A stretch of 64,000 bases of DNA from Podarcis filfolensis (lineage: Eukaryota): assembly GCA_964270895.1 (NCBI GenBank), contig OZ185453.1. One strand, written 5' to 3'. Numbering within the stretch: the first letter of the stretch is position 1; every line of letters starts with the position of its first letter. The position numbers were made by a program, and so were the translations under genes. This document shows positions 12,108 to 24,396 of this stretch, piece after piece. The notes beneath the pieces were generated by a model that was not told where the DNA came from, did not search any database, and worked only from the letters and a program-made list of their open reading frames with translations.

Positions 12108-12319
12108 ACACATTCAGGAGGTAGTGAACCTTCAGGCTCAACAGAACAGGGAGCTGCAGGAGTTGTATGAGCGGCTGCGTTCCATCAAAGATAGCAGGTC
12201 AGAATCCTCTGACATCTCCCTGCAACTGTCGTCTCCACGCCGGCCCAAGTCTTTCAAAAGCAAGCTGCGTAGCAGGCCACAGTCTCTGTCGCATGTTGAC
12301 AATGGCATTGTCGCTCCCG
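12108..12319 (+). CDS. WNK3: WNK3 coding exon, C-terminal coiled coil with HQ motif ([23 protein letters not shown])
   Basis: Acceptor tgtgtag at 12107, donor G|gtaaga at 12319. Phases 2/1. Confidence 0.95.
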
Positions 12320-12741
12320 GTAAGAGATGGGAGTGGGAGGTGGTTCAGAATATGGGTGCCGGTGTAGGGAATTGTCAAAGCTGAAGGGTTCCTTAATGTA
12401 GAAGAAAAGTCCAAAGTTCACGAATGCATGAAAGAGTCCGGTTCACAAAATAAGTTTTCCTTTCCACTTTGCATTCTTTGCCATGGGAATTCTATATTAT
12501 TTCCTTGTTGACTCATTACACGTGATGTAGTAGAAGTCTAGAGAGCTTCCCCATTGCCACTTTCCTTTGTTATGTTTTGCCCTGGTGAGCTGAACTTTTC
12601 AAAAATCTCTTGACAAGAGTCACTAGTTGGGTGCCCAAATCCCTTGGATACAGATCCATTCATTTGTCATCTCCATTCCCACCCCATAGTTTTGTTACCT
12701 CTAATCTTGTGCCTCCCCCCCAACTTTCCTTCGCCTTACAG

Positions 12742-12843
12742 AATGCTGTTGTGCTACCACTGCTGCCTCTGTGATAGACTATCAGTTGAGCATTCAGGCC
12801 CATTTGCTGCACCAGAGCTGTTCACAAGCAGAGACTAGCCAAG
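12742..12843 (+). CDS. WNK3: Candidate WNK3 in-frame cassette exon, 34 codons (ECCCATTAASVIDYQLSIQAHLLHQSCSQAETSQ)
   Basis: Branch point CTAAT 12701-12705, AG-free pyrimidine tract, cttacag acceptor, AAG|gtattt donor. 102 nt, phase 1/1, no stops. No transcript evidence. Confidence 0.55.
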
Positions 12844-13031
12844 GTATTTGCACATTCCATTCTTCTCTTCTGAAATGCCAATGCTTTATATTTAATATCT
12901 TCCTGTTGGTAGATGACACCACCACTCCATTGTAGGTCCATCTGTGGATTACAGATGTATATTTTGCAGACTAATAATTTTAATATCTCTGCAACTTCAC
13001 CATGCAAACAGAATCTGATAGCTAGCATTGT

Positions 13032-13032
<1 letters not shown>

Positions 13033-13107
<75 letters not shown>

Positions 13108-13114
13108 AGAGAAA
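13033..13114. repeat. Compound (GT)n(GA)n microsatellite
   Basis: About 15 GT units then about 19 GA units, decaying into GAAA. Confidence 0.97.
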
Positions 13115-13904
13115 GGGTGTGTAAAAACAAGTTTCTAGCTGCCATGACTGAGAGGTGATTCATATTTTATATAGTGCTTTTGGTACACCAGTATTTGCCG
13201 TAAACATCTAGAGTTTGGAAAGGGGATACATACTTCAGTACATGTTGTAGAGGCATTGCAGGAGATTGCAAACTTCTGTGGCTTCCAATCTTCTAGTGTT
13301 TGGGGGATGCACCTCTTTCCACTTCACTTGTTTCTGCTCATCCTGTCAATGTAGTGTTGATGCTGTGTAAATGGTGAAGCTGAGAATCTGGGAAATAAGA
13401 AAGCAGTAACACAGGCTAAACCTTTAAAACACATTTTTCTTCTCAAAAAAATCTCAGCTTGTTTAATGGCTGCTGTCAATTGTCAGGGGTAAACTACAGA
13501 GTCAGAATTATTTGAGGGGGCGAAATGTGCTTTAAAGGTTTAATGTATTCAGAAGCCCTGAAACTGGAGCCTGTGGGCAAACCTTCCCACCACTGGGTAG
13601 GACTGACCTACCTAGCTCCCTCTTTCACAACCAGCTACCATTTCCTGCTCTAAACGATGGCCAGGCCACCTAACCTAAATCCCCTCGTTTTTCTCTCCCC
13701 CTGCTCCTCCTGTCATTGATTTAAAAGCAAATCTAAATTAAACGGCAACCTACATTTGGAGATAAAATAAGCTTATATATGCAAATCTGTTGAAGTGGCA
13801 AGGCTTACTCAGAGCGCAAATCTGATTTTCTTTGCTACGGAAATATGTACTTTTTGAAGTTCAGCAGCACGGTCCTGCCTCTCATGATCGCTCTTCCCCT
13901 TGCC

Positions 13905-14475
13905 CAGTGGCATCACATGGGTAGGGCCAGAGGGGCAGTGTCCTCGAGTGCATTGGGGCAGGCATTTTGCTCTTCACCGTCCTGCCAGCCCAGCGCCGCT
14001 TTGCGATGCTGCAGGACTGTGGGAGGAAGACGCAACAGACAGGTGCCCTTCCCTGTTCGGGGTGCATGCCTGTTGCATCCTCCTCATGCCAGGGGCGAAC
14101 GAAGGCGTGTGACACCTGGGGCAGGGCGTCGCTATGTAGGGTGCATGTGCGGCGTCGCTTTGTATGATGCATGCGCTGCACGTAGTGACACCGCACATAC
14201 GCTGTACATAGTTGTTTGTCAGCGGCGTCGCTCCAGCACCATATGGACGGTACCGGGATCCTCTGCTTGTGGCTGCAGTTGCGAACAGAAGATCCTCTAC
14301 ACGTGTTACGTACAGCGCATGCATGCGACGCTGCACATATGCTGTACATAGCGGTTTGCTGCCCACACCGGAATCCTCTGCTCGCAGCTGCAGCAGAGGC
14401 ACCTGCGGGGTGCCTTCTTGTCACCCCCTCGACATGGCACCTGGGGCCCACCGCCCCCCTGTTGCGACGCCACTG
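13905..14475. mobile_element. CpG-rich non-autonomous DNA-transposon-like element (hAT-like ends) with internal duplication
   Basis: CAGTGGCATCAC at 13905 vs GCGACGCCACTG ending at 14475 (10/12 inverted match). Diverged direct repeat of about 140-nt period. No TSD found. Confidence 0.4.
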
Positions 14476-14814
14476 CTTCACGCAGCACTGCAGCATCGCT
14501 AAGCGGCGCAGAGCTGGAAGGCAGAGTGCACCCTTAGGGTATATGTGCGTTGCACCCTCCAAGGGCTGCAGGTGGCAGGGGTGCAGCGCAGCCCCACTTG
14601 GTGGCAGGGGGAGGTCACTCCAGCGACACTAGTGGTGTGGACTGGGTGAGGGTTCTCTTCACCCCCCCCCACGCACGCTCCACTCCACTCACACCAGCCA
14701 CACAATCTACGCTGCTGCCCTCCGTTGTGGGAAGAGACCCAATCAGCACATCCCATTTTTACGGATTGTTTCTGCATTCTGTAATGTGCTTTAAAATATT
14801 TCCCACGCCCTTAG

Positions 14815-15017
14815 ACCAGCTCTGCATCGTCAGCAGCACTGCTTCTTGTCAGCAGACGACGGCCAGTAAGAAAGGGATGTTCACAGATGACTTGCACAAA
14901 CTGGTGGACGACTGGACAAAAGAAAAGGTGGGGAACTCCCTTATCAAGCCAAGTCTCAACCAGATCAAACAGAACAAGCATCGGCTGGACTCCGACAGCT
15001 GGAGCAAAGTATATGAG
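14815..15017 (+). CDS. WNK3: WNK3 penultimate coding exon (SKKGMFTDDLHKLVDDWTKE..GNSLIKPSLNQIKQ)
   Basis: Acceptor cccttag at 14814, donor GAG|gtgagg at 15017. Hallmark WNK C-terminal motif. Confidence 0.96.
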
Positions 15018-15199
15018 GTGAGGGGGGTGGGATTTCATAAAACAAAGTTCACAAGGGTGAGCTTGTGCAAGCTGAGATACCTTAGCTGTTGTCCTGCTGG
15101 GGGTGACCTTGCTCCCCACCCCCACTTAATCATTTTCACAACCCAGGCATTATGGGGAGGCACCTGTTTTTCTGGAGTCCATGTGAACTCAGGATTGTC

Positions 15200-15655
15200 A
15201 CCTCTTCAGGGAGGGGAGGAGAGAGGGTTGCTCCTAGGTTTAATCTCCAAGACTTCACTCAGGACTAGTGGAGTGGATCTAAACCAAAGAGTTATAGAAG
15301 CTCCCCCCCCCCGCCTTGAATTAATGGGCCTGGGAAGCCGCAGAAGGACGGACAGATGGAGGAATGGAGACACAGGAACCACATCAGTACTAGGATGCAG
15401 AACTGGGAGCAGGTGTCTAAAAAGAGTAGCTTCTCCCTATAAAATTGTATAAGTCTTTAATTTAACTTAAGATATTTAACTGGGAGCAGGTGTCTAAAAA
15501 GAGTAGCTTCTCCCTATAAAATTGTATAAGTCTTTAATTTAACTTAAGATATTTAACTAAATAATCTTTAAATTTCGTCCATTCTTCCTGGTAATCCTCC
15601 TCCTTCTGGTCACGGACTCTTCCAGTCAGGTCAGCTAGCTCCAAAAAATCCATCA
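15200..15655 (-). mobile_element. L1-type LINE 3' fragment (ORF2 C-terminus plus 3'UTR)
   Basis: Minus-strand peptide DFLELADLTGRVRDQKEEDYQEEWTKFKDYL resembles squamate L1 ORF2 ends. Boundaries approximate. Confidence 0.55.
15401..15558. repeat. Perfect 77-bp tandem duplication
   Basis: 15401-15477 equals 15478-15554, with AACT microhomology at the junctions. Confidence 0.95.
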
Positions 15656-15656
15656 T

Positions 15657-15940
15657 CTTCATCTGCCAGTGTGGCAAATTCCCATTTGAGGAATGCCTTC
15701 CCCACGGAGGTTTGGCTGGCACCTTCATTATACACCTTTCCTTTTTAACCAGGCCTTTGGCTGATTGGCATGCCCTTTTAAAATGTGGGGGGCGGGGTGG
15801 TTATTGGGTTGTTTTTGTTTCTATTATGTATTTTCTGTTTTTATATTGTGATTTTAAGTTGTGACTGCCCTGAGACATGCAGGTATAGGGCAGTATACAA
15901 ATTTTAATAATACTAATAATCATAATCATAATAATAATAG
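15657..15940 (+). mobile_element. L2-type LINE 3' end with AAT-like tail
   Basis: GGAATGCCTTCCCCACGGAGGTTTGGCTGGCACC...TTTTTAACCAGGCCTTT...TTGTGACTGCCCTGAG...AATAAT tail, ending about 25 nt before the last WNK3 acceptor. Confidence 0.6.
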
Positions 15941-15965
15941 TTTCTTGTTTCTTTTGTTTTTAAAG

Positions 15966-16295
15966 ACGACAACATCTACAGTGGGCTACACGTCCACATG
16001 GATTTCCTCGCTTTCCCAGATCCGAGGGACCGTACCAGCTGCTTTGCCTCAAGGACTTCCCCTGTCCCCCTTTACCGGCACACTATCGCCATATGGAGTA
16101 CCCCACGTATGCCAGTATAACACCATGACAGGGACAACTTACCCAGTGCAATGGGTGGGCATTTCAGGGACAGCCCAGCAGTCTGTTGTTGTCCCTGCCC
16201 AGCCTGTGGGACCATTTCAGCCAGGGATAAGCATGCCAGCCTTTCCAGCATCACCTGTGCAAAACCCAGCTCCCATCCCCCCAAGTCCCAAATGA
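15966..16295 (+). CDS. WNK3: WNK3 last coding exon ([15 protein letters not shown]...[16 protein letters not shown]...PPSPK*)
   Basis: Acceptor ttttaaag at 15965, phase 0, TGA at 16293-16295. Matches the WNK3-specific C-terminus. Confidence 0.96.
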   Translation, partial: TTTSTVGYTSTWISSLSQIRGTVPAALPQGLPLSPFTGTLSPYGVPHVCQYNTMTGTTYPVQWVGISGTAQQSVVVPAQPVGPFQPGISMPAFPASPVQNPAPIPPSPK

Positions 16296-17617
16296 AGGCG
16301 GACGGCTAAAAGGATGATAGATATGGGGACTGTGCCTATAACTCATGATTCCATTCCTCTGCCTTGCATTCTGCGGCCTGGATTTTGGGGTGAATTCCCC
16401 AGAGCAGCAATGTGGTGGGAGATTGCCTTTGCATTCTCTTATTTGAATACTTGATATAATATTCTTTGGGGGGATTTTTTTTATATCATACTTGAGAGAG
16501 CTTTGGCCTGTGCATCTCATTGTTCCTGAGATGGACAGCATGCCCATGTGCTGCTTATTAATGACCCTTCCCTGTCATTCTGGCCCCAGGTCCCTTGAGT
16601 TTTTGAGGCTGATAGCAACCCTTTTTAAATTGTTCACATACTGGCATTTGAGTTAATTTATTGAAGGAGTGGGAGCAGCAGGGAAAGTGACACTTTGGAT
16701 CCTCTTTTAATTTTACATTGCTGTCTGGTTTCATTGGCAGCTTTCATTGCTGGGGGGGCGGGACGGATTTTATTTGCAGAAAGATTTGCTGTCACTGAAT
16801 CCTGTCTTAAATTCTCCCCTCTCCTACCCCAAGTGACAGGCCTTTTACAGTTGGAGGACCACTGAAGGAAGAGACACAAATGCCACCTATTACCTGTTAC
16901 TGAAAGGCTTGTAGTTGTTCTTGAGCAATTTAGTACAGCTGTTTATATAATGGCAGCTCAATCCTCATACGCACATGACATTCAGTGGATCCTTTGGGGC
17001 TGTTGGTCTAAACTTAGTACTTGAGTTTGGGGGATGTAGCTTTTTAAAAATTTATTTTGCAGTTAGTTTCTTGTGGTGGAGAGGAAGCTGCAGAAAGGGT
17101 GGGAAAAGAGTGGGAAATAGCCAAACGGTATTTAAAAACATCTCCCATCTCACCCCTTTGCCTCTCTTTTATGATCCATACTTCACAGTTTTAAGGACTG
17201 AAACAGGTTGGAACAGGTGCACAGAGTTTTGCATTGAGTTGACTGCCTTACAGTGGATTTCAATGGATAGATGCTCCTACTTTTGATTAGTGTTGTCTCT
17301 TGCAGCATAAAACACCTAAGTGGTTGCTGTGCTTTGATCACCTACTGCCAAGATTAAGAAGTCCCATCTTTACGGAGAACTTTTGAAAACTGAGTAGGTT
17401 GTACATGCATTTATGATGGCAAGAAAGTAGTGCCAGGGTCCGCTGTGACAGGCTTTCTGGTTTTCTGACTTAAAGAGGAAAATGTGCCTGTTCAAAAATA
17501 GCAAGAGATCTAAAACTATTTTGAATAGGTTACATGCATGAAAGTCCATTTCCTGCTGGAGTCTTGTACCTCACATAACCCCCTTATTTTATAAACTATA
17601 TTTCAGCTGCCCTATAA

Positions 17618-18028
17618 GGCCCATGCTTGCAAGTTCATCTCTGCAGGAGACTAAGTCAGTTACATTGACCTAATTGGGCCAAGGGCAATGCAACATTGCA
17701 CTATAGTTTAAACTATGGTTTAGCCTACATTAGTACCTTGCTCTTCCCCCATCCCTGACTGTGGAGCCAGGAAATAAGGCGAAGGCTGATTTGTCATGAT
17801 GTGACATGTGAATCCTCACTTATGTTTTTTTTCTGCCCAGAGAATAGAAGCCAAGGTTTATTCTTGGCTTACCACATGATTTATCTGCAGGAAACAAACC
17901 ACAAACCGAATTCACACATCACAACAAGCCAGACTCTGGCTTGTTTCCTCCCTTGCATGATATAGTCCTGTGTTTTAAACCATAGTTTATTTTAAACTAT
18001 TATTTAATGTTACATGCGAACTGGGCCA
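17618..18028. mobile_element. Old Harbinger-like non-autonomous relic inside the WNK3 3'UTR
   Basis: GGCCCA...AAACTATGGTTT at left and AAACCATAGTTT...GTTACATGCGAACTGGGCC at right form degenerate inverted ends. Confidence 0.3.
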
Positions 18029-21000
18029 TAGACTATGGAGGTCTTAATTTACTGAGTCTTAAGACTATAAGACTTATAGTCTTAAACTTTTTTCAAGGTA
18101 ATATTTCATGTAGCAGTTGATTCTTTTGGACCCCAGAATCCTTGAAATATATTCCTGATGCACACCTTGACCTGTTTTCTCCCTCGATATATCTGGACTG
18201 ATATGTCAGGGAACTGATATTTCAAGCTCTGGTTCACTTTGAGTTAACAAAGTTAAATGTTTGTCTTCGGAGTGCTGTAAGAGATTTGCAATGCTGTTGA
18301 ACATGGAAGCTGGCTTGCTTTGCTGATGAATATTTAGAGAATGAAGAGGAGGGAGGCTGTATCTCTCTACCTTAAAGTGATTTGGACTTCAACTAGATAA
18401 ATCCTGTTTAAAATGATGGGATTAAATAAATCAGAGTACTTTGGTTTGGGCCTACCTGTAATCCCACCCCCCTTTTTTTGGAGTAGCTGCAGAGACAAGC
18501 TACTTGTTTGAACTCAGCCTCTCAAAGGGACACTTGAAGCTCCAGTGAATTTGGGAGCCTCTGGAAGTTTTGTCCTTCCTTCCCCACCATGAACAAAAGA
18601 TCCTGTTTCCCATGCATTATGCAGCCTCCTTGTTCTGCCTGCAAAGATTTGCAGTGCCTTGTGATAGATAATCTTTAGTATCTTTTCAGATTTTTACTGG
18701 AAAGTCAAAAAAAGTAGTTCTAGTCTTTTGAAGTTTGATGATGTTTAAACAGTGCATTGCTGCATCTCTCATTAGGATCTGCAGCAGCTGAATTATATAT
18801 ACTTCGGGGTGGGGGTGGGGGTTCAGTTTGAAGAACTGAGAGAACAGTGTTATGTATTCTTTCTTTTTTTTTTTGCAAAATAGAAACACAATCCTGTTTG
18901 TTTGTTTTTTAAAAAAATGTTCCCCTGCTATCTCTTTTAGAACGGACACTTTGACTACAAATACATGTTTTCTAGTTAGGATAACTTGTAGGAAAGCATG
19001 GAATTGTGTGCTGTCTTTGAAAACTGTTGCCAAGTTAGCCGACTTGAAAGCCTTGAAAACACAAATCTGCTAGGAAATGGTAGAGGGCCTTATTCCCCCC
19101 AGCAATTGTGTGTGCCTTGGGTACACCAGTGGTACACCAGTGTTTTTTGTGGCAGACGTGCACAGTGCAAATGGCAAGCATGTGTCCTTGAACACTGGTG
19201 TTCATGTGTCAGGGTTCCATTGGTCCAATCAAGGTTTCCTGCTTATTGTTGTAAATCTCACGTTGTGTCTTGTGCATTGAGCCATCTGACCATTCCATGC
19301 TGCTCGGAGTTCCCAGAGCCATTGCTTCACATTTGACAATAGGGGGCTCCCTTTTGCAAATCCTGACATGGTTTGTTCGTCTGTCTCACTTCTGATAATG
19401 GAATGAAAATGGTGGTCATGAAGTAACCTATGTTCACCAGTGCTTACACCACTGTCTGTGGCATTAAAAGCTAGGATGCAATTAAGGATTACGTAGGGTA
19501 AGTGGCTGCTGCCCCAAAGAACTGCCACCCCTCTCCTCCTCTTCCCCATAACCTCTGGCAAAGGAACATGTGATGTGACATCATTGTGCTCACATATTCT
19601 TCTTGTAGAGTATGTGGGGCTACTGTTTTCAGCGGCTGCCATGTGTACTTTGTAACGTCTGGTTTCCTGCCATATGTGGCCAAAAATTAGAGGATAAGTC
19701 CATACCAGGGTGTGATGGAGCCATTGTTGCCCTTAAGTGTGCGTGATTTTTTCCCTGCCTCACAATTCTTTGGTTAAACATGTGTTTGTGGGATTTTGAA
19801 ACATAACCAAAGCCTGTTTCACCATCGGTGACAGTAGAGGGGATGGCGAATCAGTGCACAGTGGGCAGTGATGCTTCTTCTCACATCACCTTCTAACTTC
19901 GGAGGAAATAAAGACAAACTTGACCTGACTCCCATCTCTACAGCTGGGGAGACCTGAGTGAACCACAGTCTAGAAAATGGAGAGAGGCACTGAAATGTAC
20001 GTTTGACAAAACAGGAAAAATATTTGGTATGTTTTATATGTTGGGTTTTGGATCTCTACATTTAATGCAAAACATTTACTATCCAGTCCCCCCCTTCCTT
20101 CTTACATTTTGCTGTTCTTTCAAACCTGAATCCTGACAAGGATCAAACTGTGAATTTGGTTTTGGGTTTTAAAAGGCACTTTTTCTGCTGTGATGCTTTG
20201 AGACTAAGCTTGTATGATATTAATGGAATGTATCATTTTAATAACTGGGTGGATTTTTCAGTTGTATTCCAGCTGAGTTGCTTTTCCATGTTACATTTCA
20301 AGTTTCATTTTCTTATCTACCTCATTTGTTAGTGCTGTTTCAGTCTAGGCTGTGAACTTAACTACCATTCCTGTATATTTCTTGTCTATTTTAAATTTGA
20401 GATGGTGTTTTTACACACATGGCTCTTCACTCCCCCGCCCCATCCCCGCCAGCCCATTTCCCTGTTTGTAATTTGGCACTAGCCACTCAAGCTGTTTACT
20501 GTTTTAAGGAGGATATTTAACTTTCACAAGGAAGACTTCAGAGATTTATTCATCACATTGAGTTAAACTTATAGCGACATGTGAATGAAGAGAACAAGTC
20601 CATGCATTGTCTACTGTATGTTGCAACTGGTTGTGGCAGCTTAGCAAAGTGTGTGACCCACTGCCTCATTAGTCTTCCATTTGACAATGGGAAAAATTAG
20701 TGCAAAAAGCTTGCTTTGTTTAGGAAGGAATTCTTCCTTTGTATATGCATTGAATTATTGCTGACAATTAAACTACTGAGGGCGGTGCCAACATAATGCT
20801 CCTGATCTCTTAACCATGGTCAAGGGATCCACAGCAGAATGTGCAATTGCACTCCCTTCTTCAGTCTCTACTTTTTTGGGGTGCAAATTCCTCCCACCCT
20901 CCCCTTCTGCTGGCCTGACTCACAGTTATAGTTTGTGTTGGCCCCAGTCTCAACAGTGGTTAATGTTAAAACAAGGGTGTGCTGTTTCCCAGCTAAAGCC

Positions 21001-23545
21001 AAATTTCTGGTTAAAAGCAAACCCCCGTGTATTAGTCACAGCTAAGCTTTGTACCGACATTGGGTTGGATCCAGAGTTTTTGTTCAGTTGATGGTAAGAC
21101 TCCCAGTGGGAACAGGGAGGGAAGCAATTTCCAGCTACTGCCTCGCCCACCTGCAGCCCCCCCAATCTGCTGTGGCCTCCCAATCCTCTGGAGCAGCGTT
21201 AGGATGGGAGTTGGGGGGCTGCAGGGGGAATCACAGAAAACGGATTGCCTCCCTATTGCACTGACAAAAAGAAGCCTAACCATCAGCTGAGTGACTCTGT
21301 TGGATGCAACCTGTTACCTTTAACTGTGATTAAGACCGATGTGGAGGGAACACACGGTCTCATCCCGCAGCTTGATGCCTTAACCAAGTTTAAAGTGTTG
21401 GGAGTGTTAGATTGGCATAGGCTCTGAACAAGGTGTGCAGGGTACCTTTGGAAGGCAGGGGCCTTCTGTTGCATTTAGGCAATAAAATGATACATTCCTG
21501 GTTATTTTGAATTCTGAAACCCAGCAACACTGTTATTGTAAGTGCTGTCATTTTTGTAGGCTGTACCTCTTTAAAGGTGAATTGTATGGTTTCAAAGTTG
21601 CTTCAGTTAATCAACTGAAGTCCAGTTTAGCATCTCTCCTGGAATGTTGTCGTGGTTTTTTGTTGGTTTTTTTTTTTTTGCAAGGGGGGGAAGGGTTGTG
21701 TATTTTTTATACTTATACAGTGATTAGATGGTGGAATGGGAAAACTGATTCTGTAAGGAGTCACTATACAGACTTGTGCCATCCCCTGCCTCCTGGTTGT
21801 CTTCAAAAACTATTCCTCTTAGTAAATATTTATGGTGTCTATATTCCACCCCACACCTATAATTTATTCACATTTCATTCTATAAGAAGCTATAACTGTG
21901 AGCAGTGTAGTACAATAAAATTGGTTCACCAAACCAAATTCTACCCCTTGCATGTGAACAGTTGTTCACGAGGGCCTGGTACAACTGATGGGATGCTATT
22001 CAGCCCCTGCTCCCTCTAGAGCCCTGAGAATAAAATGCTGCTAAGGCATTATGCATTTTCTACTTACTACCTTGCAGCTCTCATTGAAGCTAATGGAACT
22101 GATCCAGCTTAAACCAGCAATGATTATCGCATATAGTAATTAAGAACAAATCCCCTCCTTTTTTAAAATCACCATTTATCTTATTCTTTTGGGGTGGGGA
22201 AGGAGTTGGTTTCCAATGAAAAAAAAAATCTTTATAAGGCCAAGCATGAATTTATAAACTGTCTGCTAAACGGAGGCCTTACTTGTATCCTCCCGCATAA
22301 AATGCTTTCTTCACAGGATGTATCTCTTATGTAGAGACAATCTCCATGTAGAAAAATGTGGAATATGGCCATGGGCAACTGCTTTGCTGCAAGTCAGTAG
22401 AAAGCATGACTTCGGAAGCCAGTGCCTGTAAGAACCTGTATACTTGCCATATACTTCACATATGATGGTGGACAATGCTTTTCCTACAGTGAGATTACCT
22501 GTATGTAGGAAAAAAATATTATGCATGAAGTAGCCCTTAGTGATGGTGCAGAAAGTGCAGAAAGTCCTGTGGAGCACGTTGTGGCCTGTTATGCTTCAAC
22601 CAACCCCTTGTAGGGCACTTGTTATATACAAAGCTCTTTTTTCTCACTTCCATCTGACAGAAGGAAGAAGATGGTGGCTGCAGAGGAGGGAAAAAGAGGC
22701 GTCCCTGTCCTGTCAAGTAGCAAGGAAAACATTTTTTATTGGAATCTGTGGTAAAATATATCCGAGTTGTACCACAGATAGAGGCAAGCACAAATATACA
22801 TAAATTGTTGGAAGAAAATGCAGAAGAGTAAGGCTTTAATTCTCCCTTCCAGGGCCATAGATTTAATTTGCAAGACTAGGAACAAACTTCTGTTTTTGTA
22901 TTTTCAAAGCATCCTAGAAGGGTGTTGTTTTGGTTCATTTATGCCTTAGAGAACTCCTAACCATACATTTTGGCAGCCATTTTGGAAGTGCAATTGTCTT
23001 TGAGGTTCCTAATGCAGCTTCAAACAAGCAAACAAAAGACCTCTCAGTTAAAACTACTATATTCTATTTAAAAAAGGTCTTTCATTCTGTTTTTTGTTTT
23101 TGTTTTTGCTAGAGATTGCTGAGGAGCATGCAGGCCTACCAAAACAGCATGATAAATTCAGGTATATGCTGTGAATAAATGTCTCCTTAGATTTCCATAC
23201 TTGCTAACAACTTCTGAATTTCAGAAATATTTTTTATGTATGTGAATTATACTTTAATGTAGCATCTTAGGACTTATTTTTTAAAAACCCTTTCTTTACT
23301 TTTTTACATTAAGGCTGAGATTTTTATGGCTGCATAGAGGATGCAGGTGACCGGTTCATTGTTAACAGGGATGAGGCATCCCATTCAGTTTTTGAAAAAT
23401 CATAGCCCAGAACTTTATGGTAGAAAACGAATGTCTTTTATCAGCAGTTGTTTCCATGTGTTTTTTAATTATTTTTGCAAGCTGTGAGTTGACTTCATTT
23501 GTACACAACCATTAACAAATATTTTTTTAAACTGTTATAAAAGAA

Positions 23546-23551
23546 AATAAA
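23546..23551 (+). terminator. Candidate distal WNK3 polyadenylation signal (AATAAA)
   Basis: Canonical hexamer after a U-rich block. Alternatives at 23174-23179 and 24088-24093. Confidence 0.4.
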
Positions 23552-24396
23552 GGCTGTGTTGAAAAAAAAACCCCAATTAAATATAGTCTGGATGTTACTG
23601 CAATTTCTGCTAAAGAGGGGTGAGGGAAAGCCAAAGGAAATAAATAGTATTGCTGGAAAATACAGTGTAAATATTAGGGCATTGTGGCTTCTTTCTTAGC
23701 AATACTTGTTCATCTACTAATTCATTGATACATTGCATTTTAGATACATCGAACCCCGGGAGCGAAAACTTCAAGTGCTATGGAAGTTTGGGATAGGAAG
23801 TATGCCCTGAATATGCACTCTTCGTTTGTAACTTTGAAGAGTGCTCTGAAAATTTTTTGTTAGGATGGCAGAAAAATCTGTTAAATGAGTATATAAACTT
23901 AAAACACCAGCAGTCCAGAGAGATTCCAGAGGTAGAAAAAGAAAACACCAATATTTGGGGCGGCTGCATTCCCTTACCTCAAAACAATCTATTTAATTTC
24001 TGCTGTAATAGTTTGCACCTTCTTATCTAGTGTAGAATCTTAGATAAAGGTGTGTTTAGTTTTTGTTTAAAAAACTGATTTTTAATTAATAAAGGTAAGT
24101 TATGGATTATATCCAGTCCTGATCAGTCACAAGAAAACCCCCCTCCCTAATATTCTATTATTCAAATTATTACTTTGTTGTGGCATGAATATCTATGTAA
24201 TACTATCTATAATTTTCTCTTGGCCTTCATACAAGGCAGCGTAAATCTTGTCCCCCAACCCCATCTATCCTCCATGTGGGGTAAAAAATATTCTAAAATC
24301 CACGGTTATGCAGTACCTTTACTAGGAAAGTAGTAAACAAGTTTTTGAGTTCTTCTGCACTGTTCATCAGATTGGACATTAAGCAAAGCATTAGAA

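Larger units (their letters stand above)
16296..23570 (+). other. WNK3: Probable long WNK3 3'UTR
   Basis: U/A-rich, free of young SINE/LINE insertions, ending near AATAAA at 23174 and 23546. The end is not determinable without transcript data. Confidence 0.5.

Noticed and set aside
14550-15452. 300-aa ORF as a standalone gene
   Set aside because: Only 14815-15017 is WNK3-like and splice-bounded. The flanks are repeat and intron sequence that happen to be open.
16293-16454. WNK3 stop-codon readthrough (52 open codons after TGA)
   Set aside because: The context is TGA-AGG, not the readthrough-prone TGA-CTA, and the extension shows no recognisable motif.
16296-23570. Individual miRNA seed matches (e.g. 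GTGCCTT, GCACTTT, ACTGTGA)
   Set aside because: Seven-mers at this frequency are expected by chance in 7 kb. They are uninterpretable without conservation.
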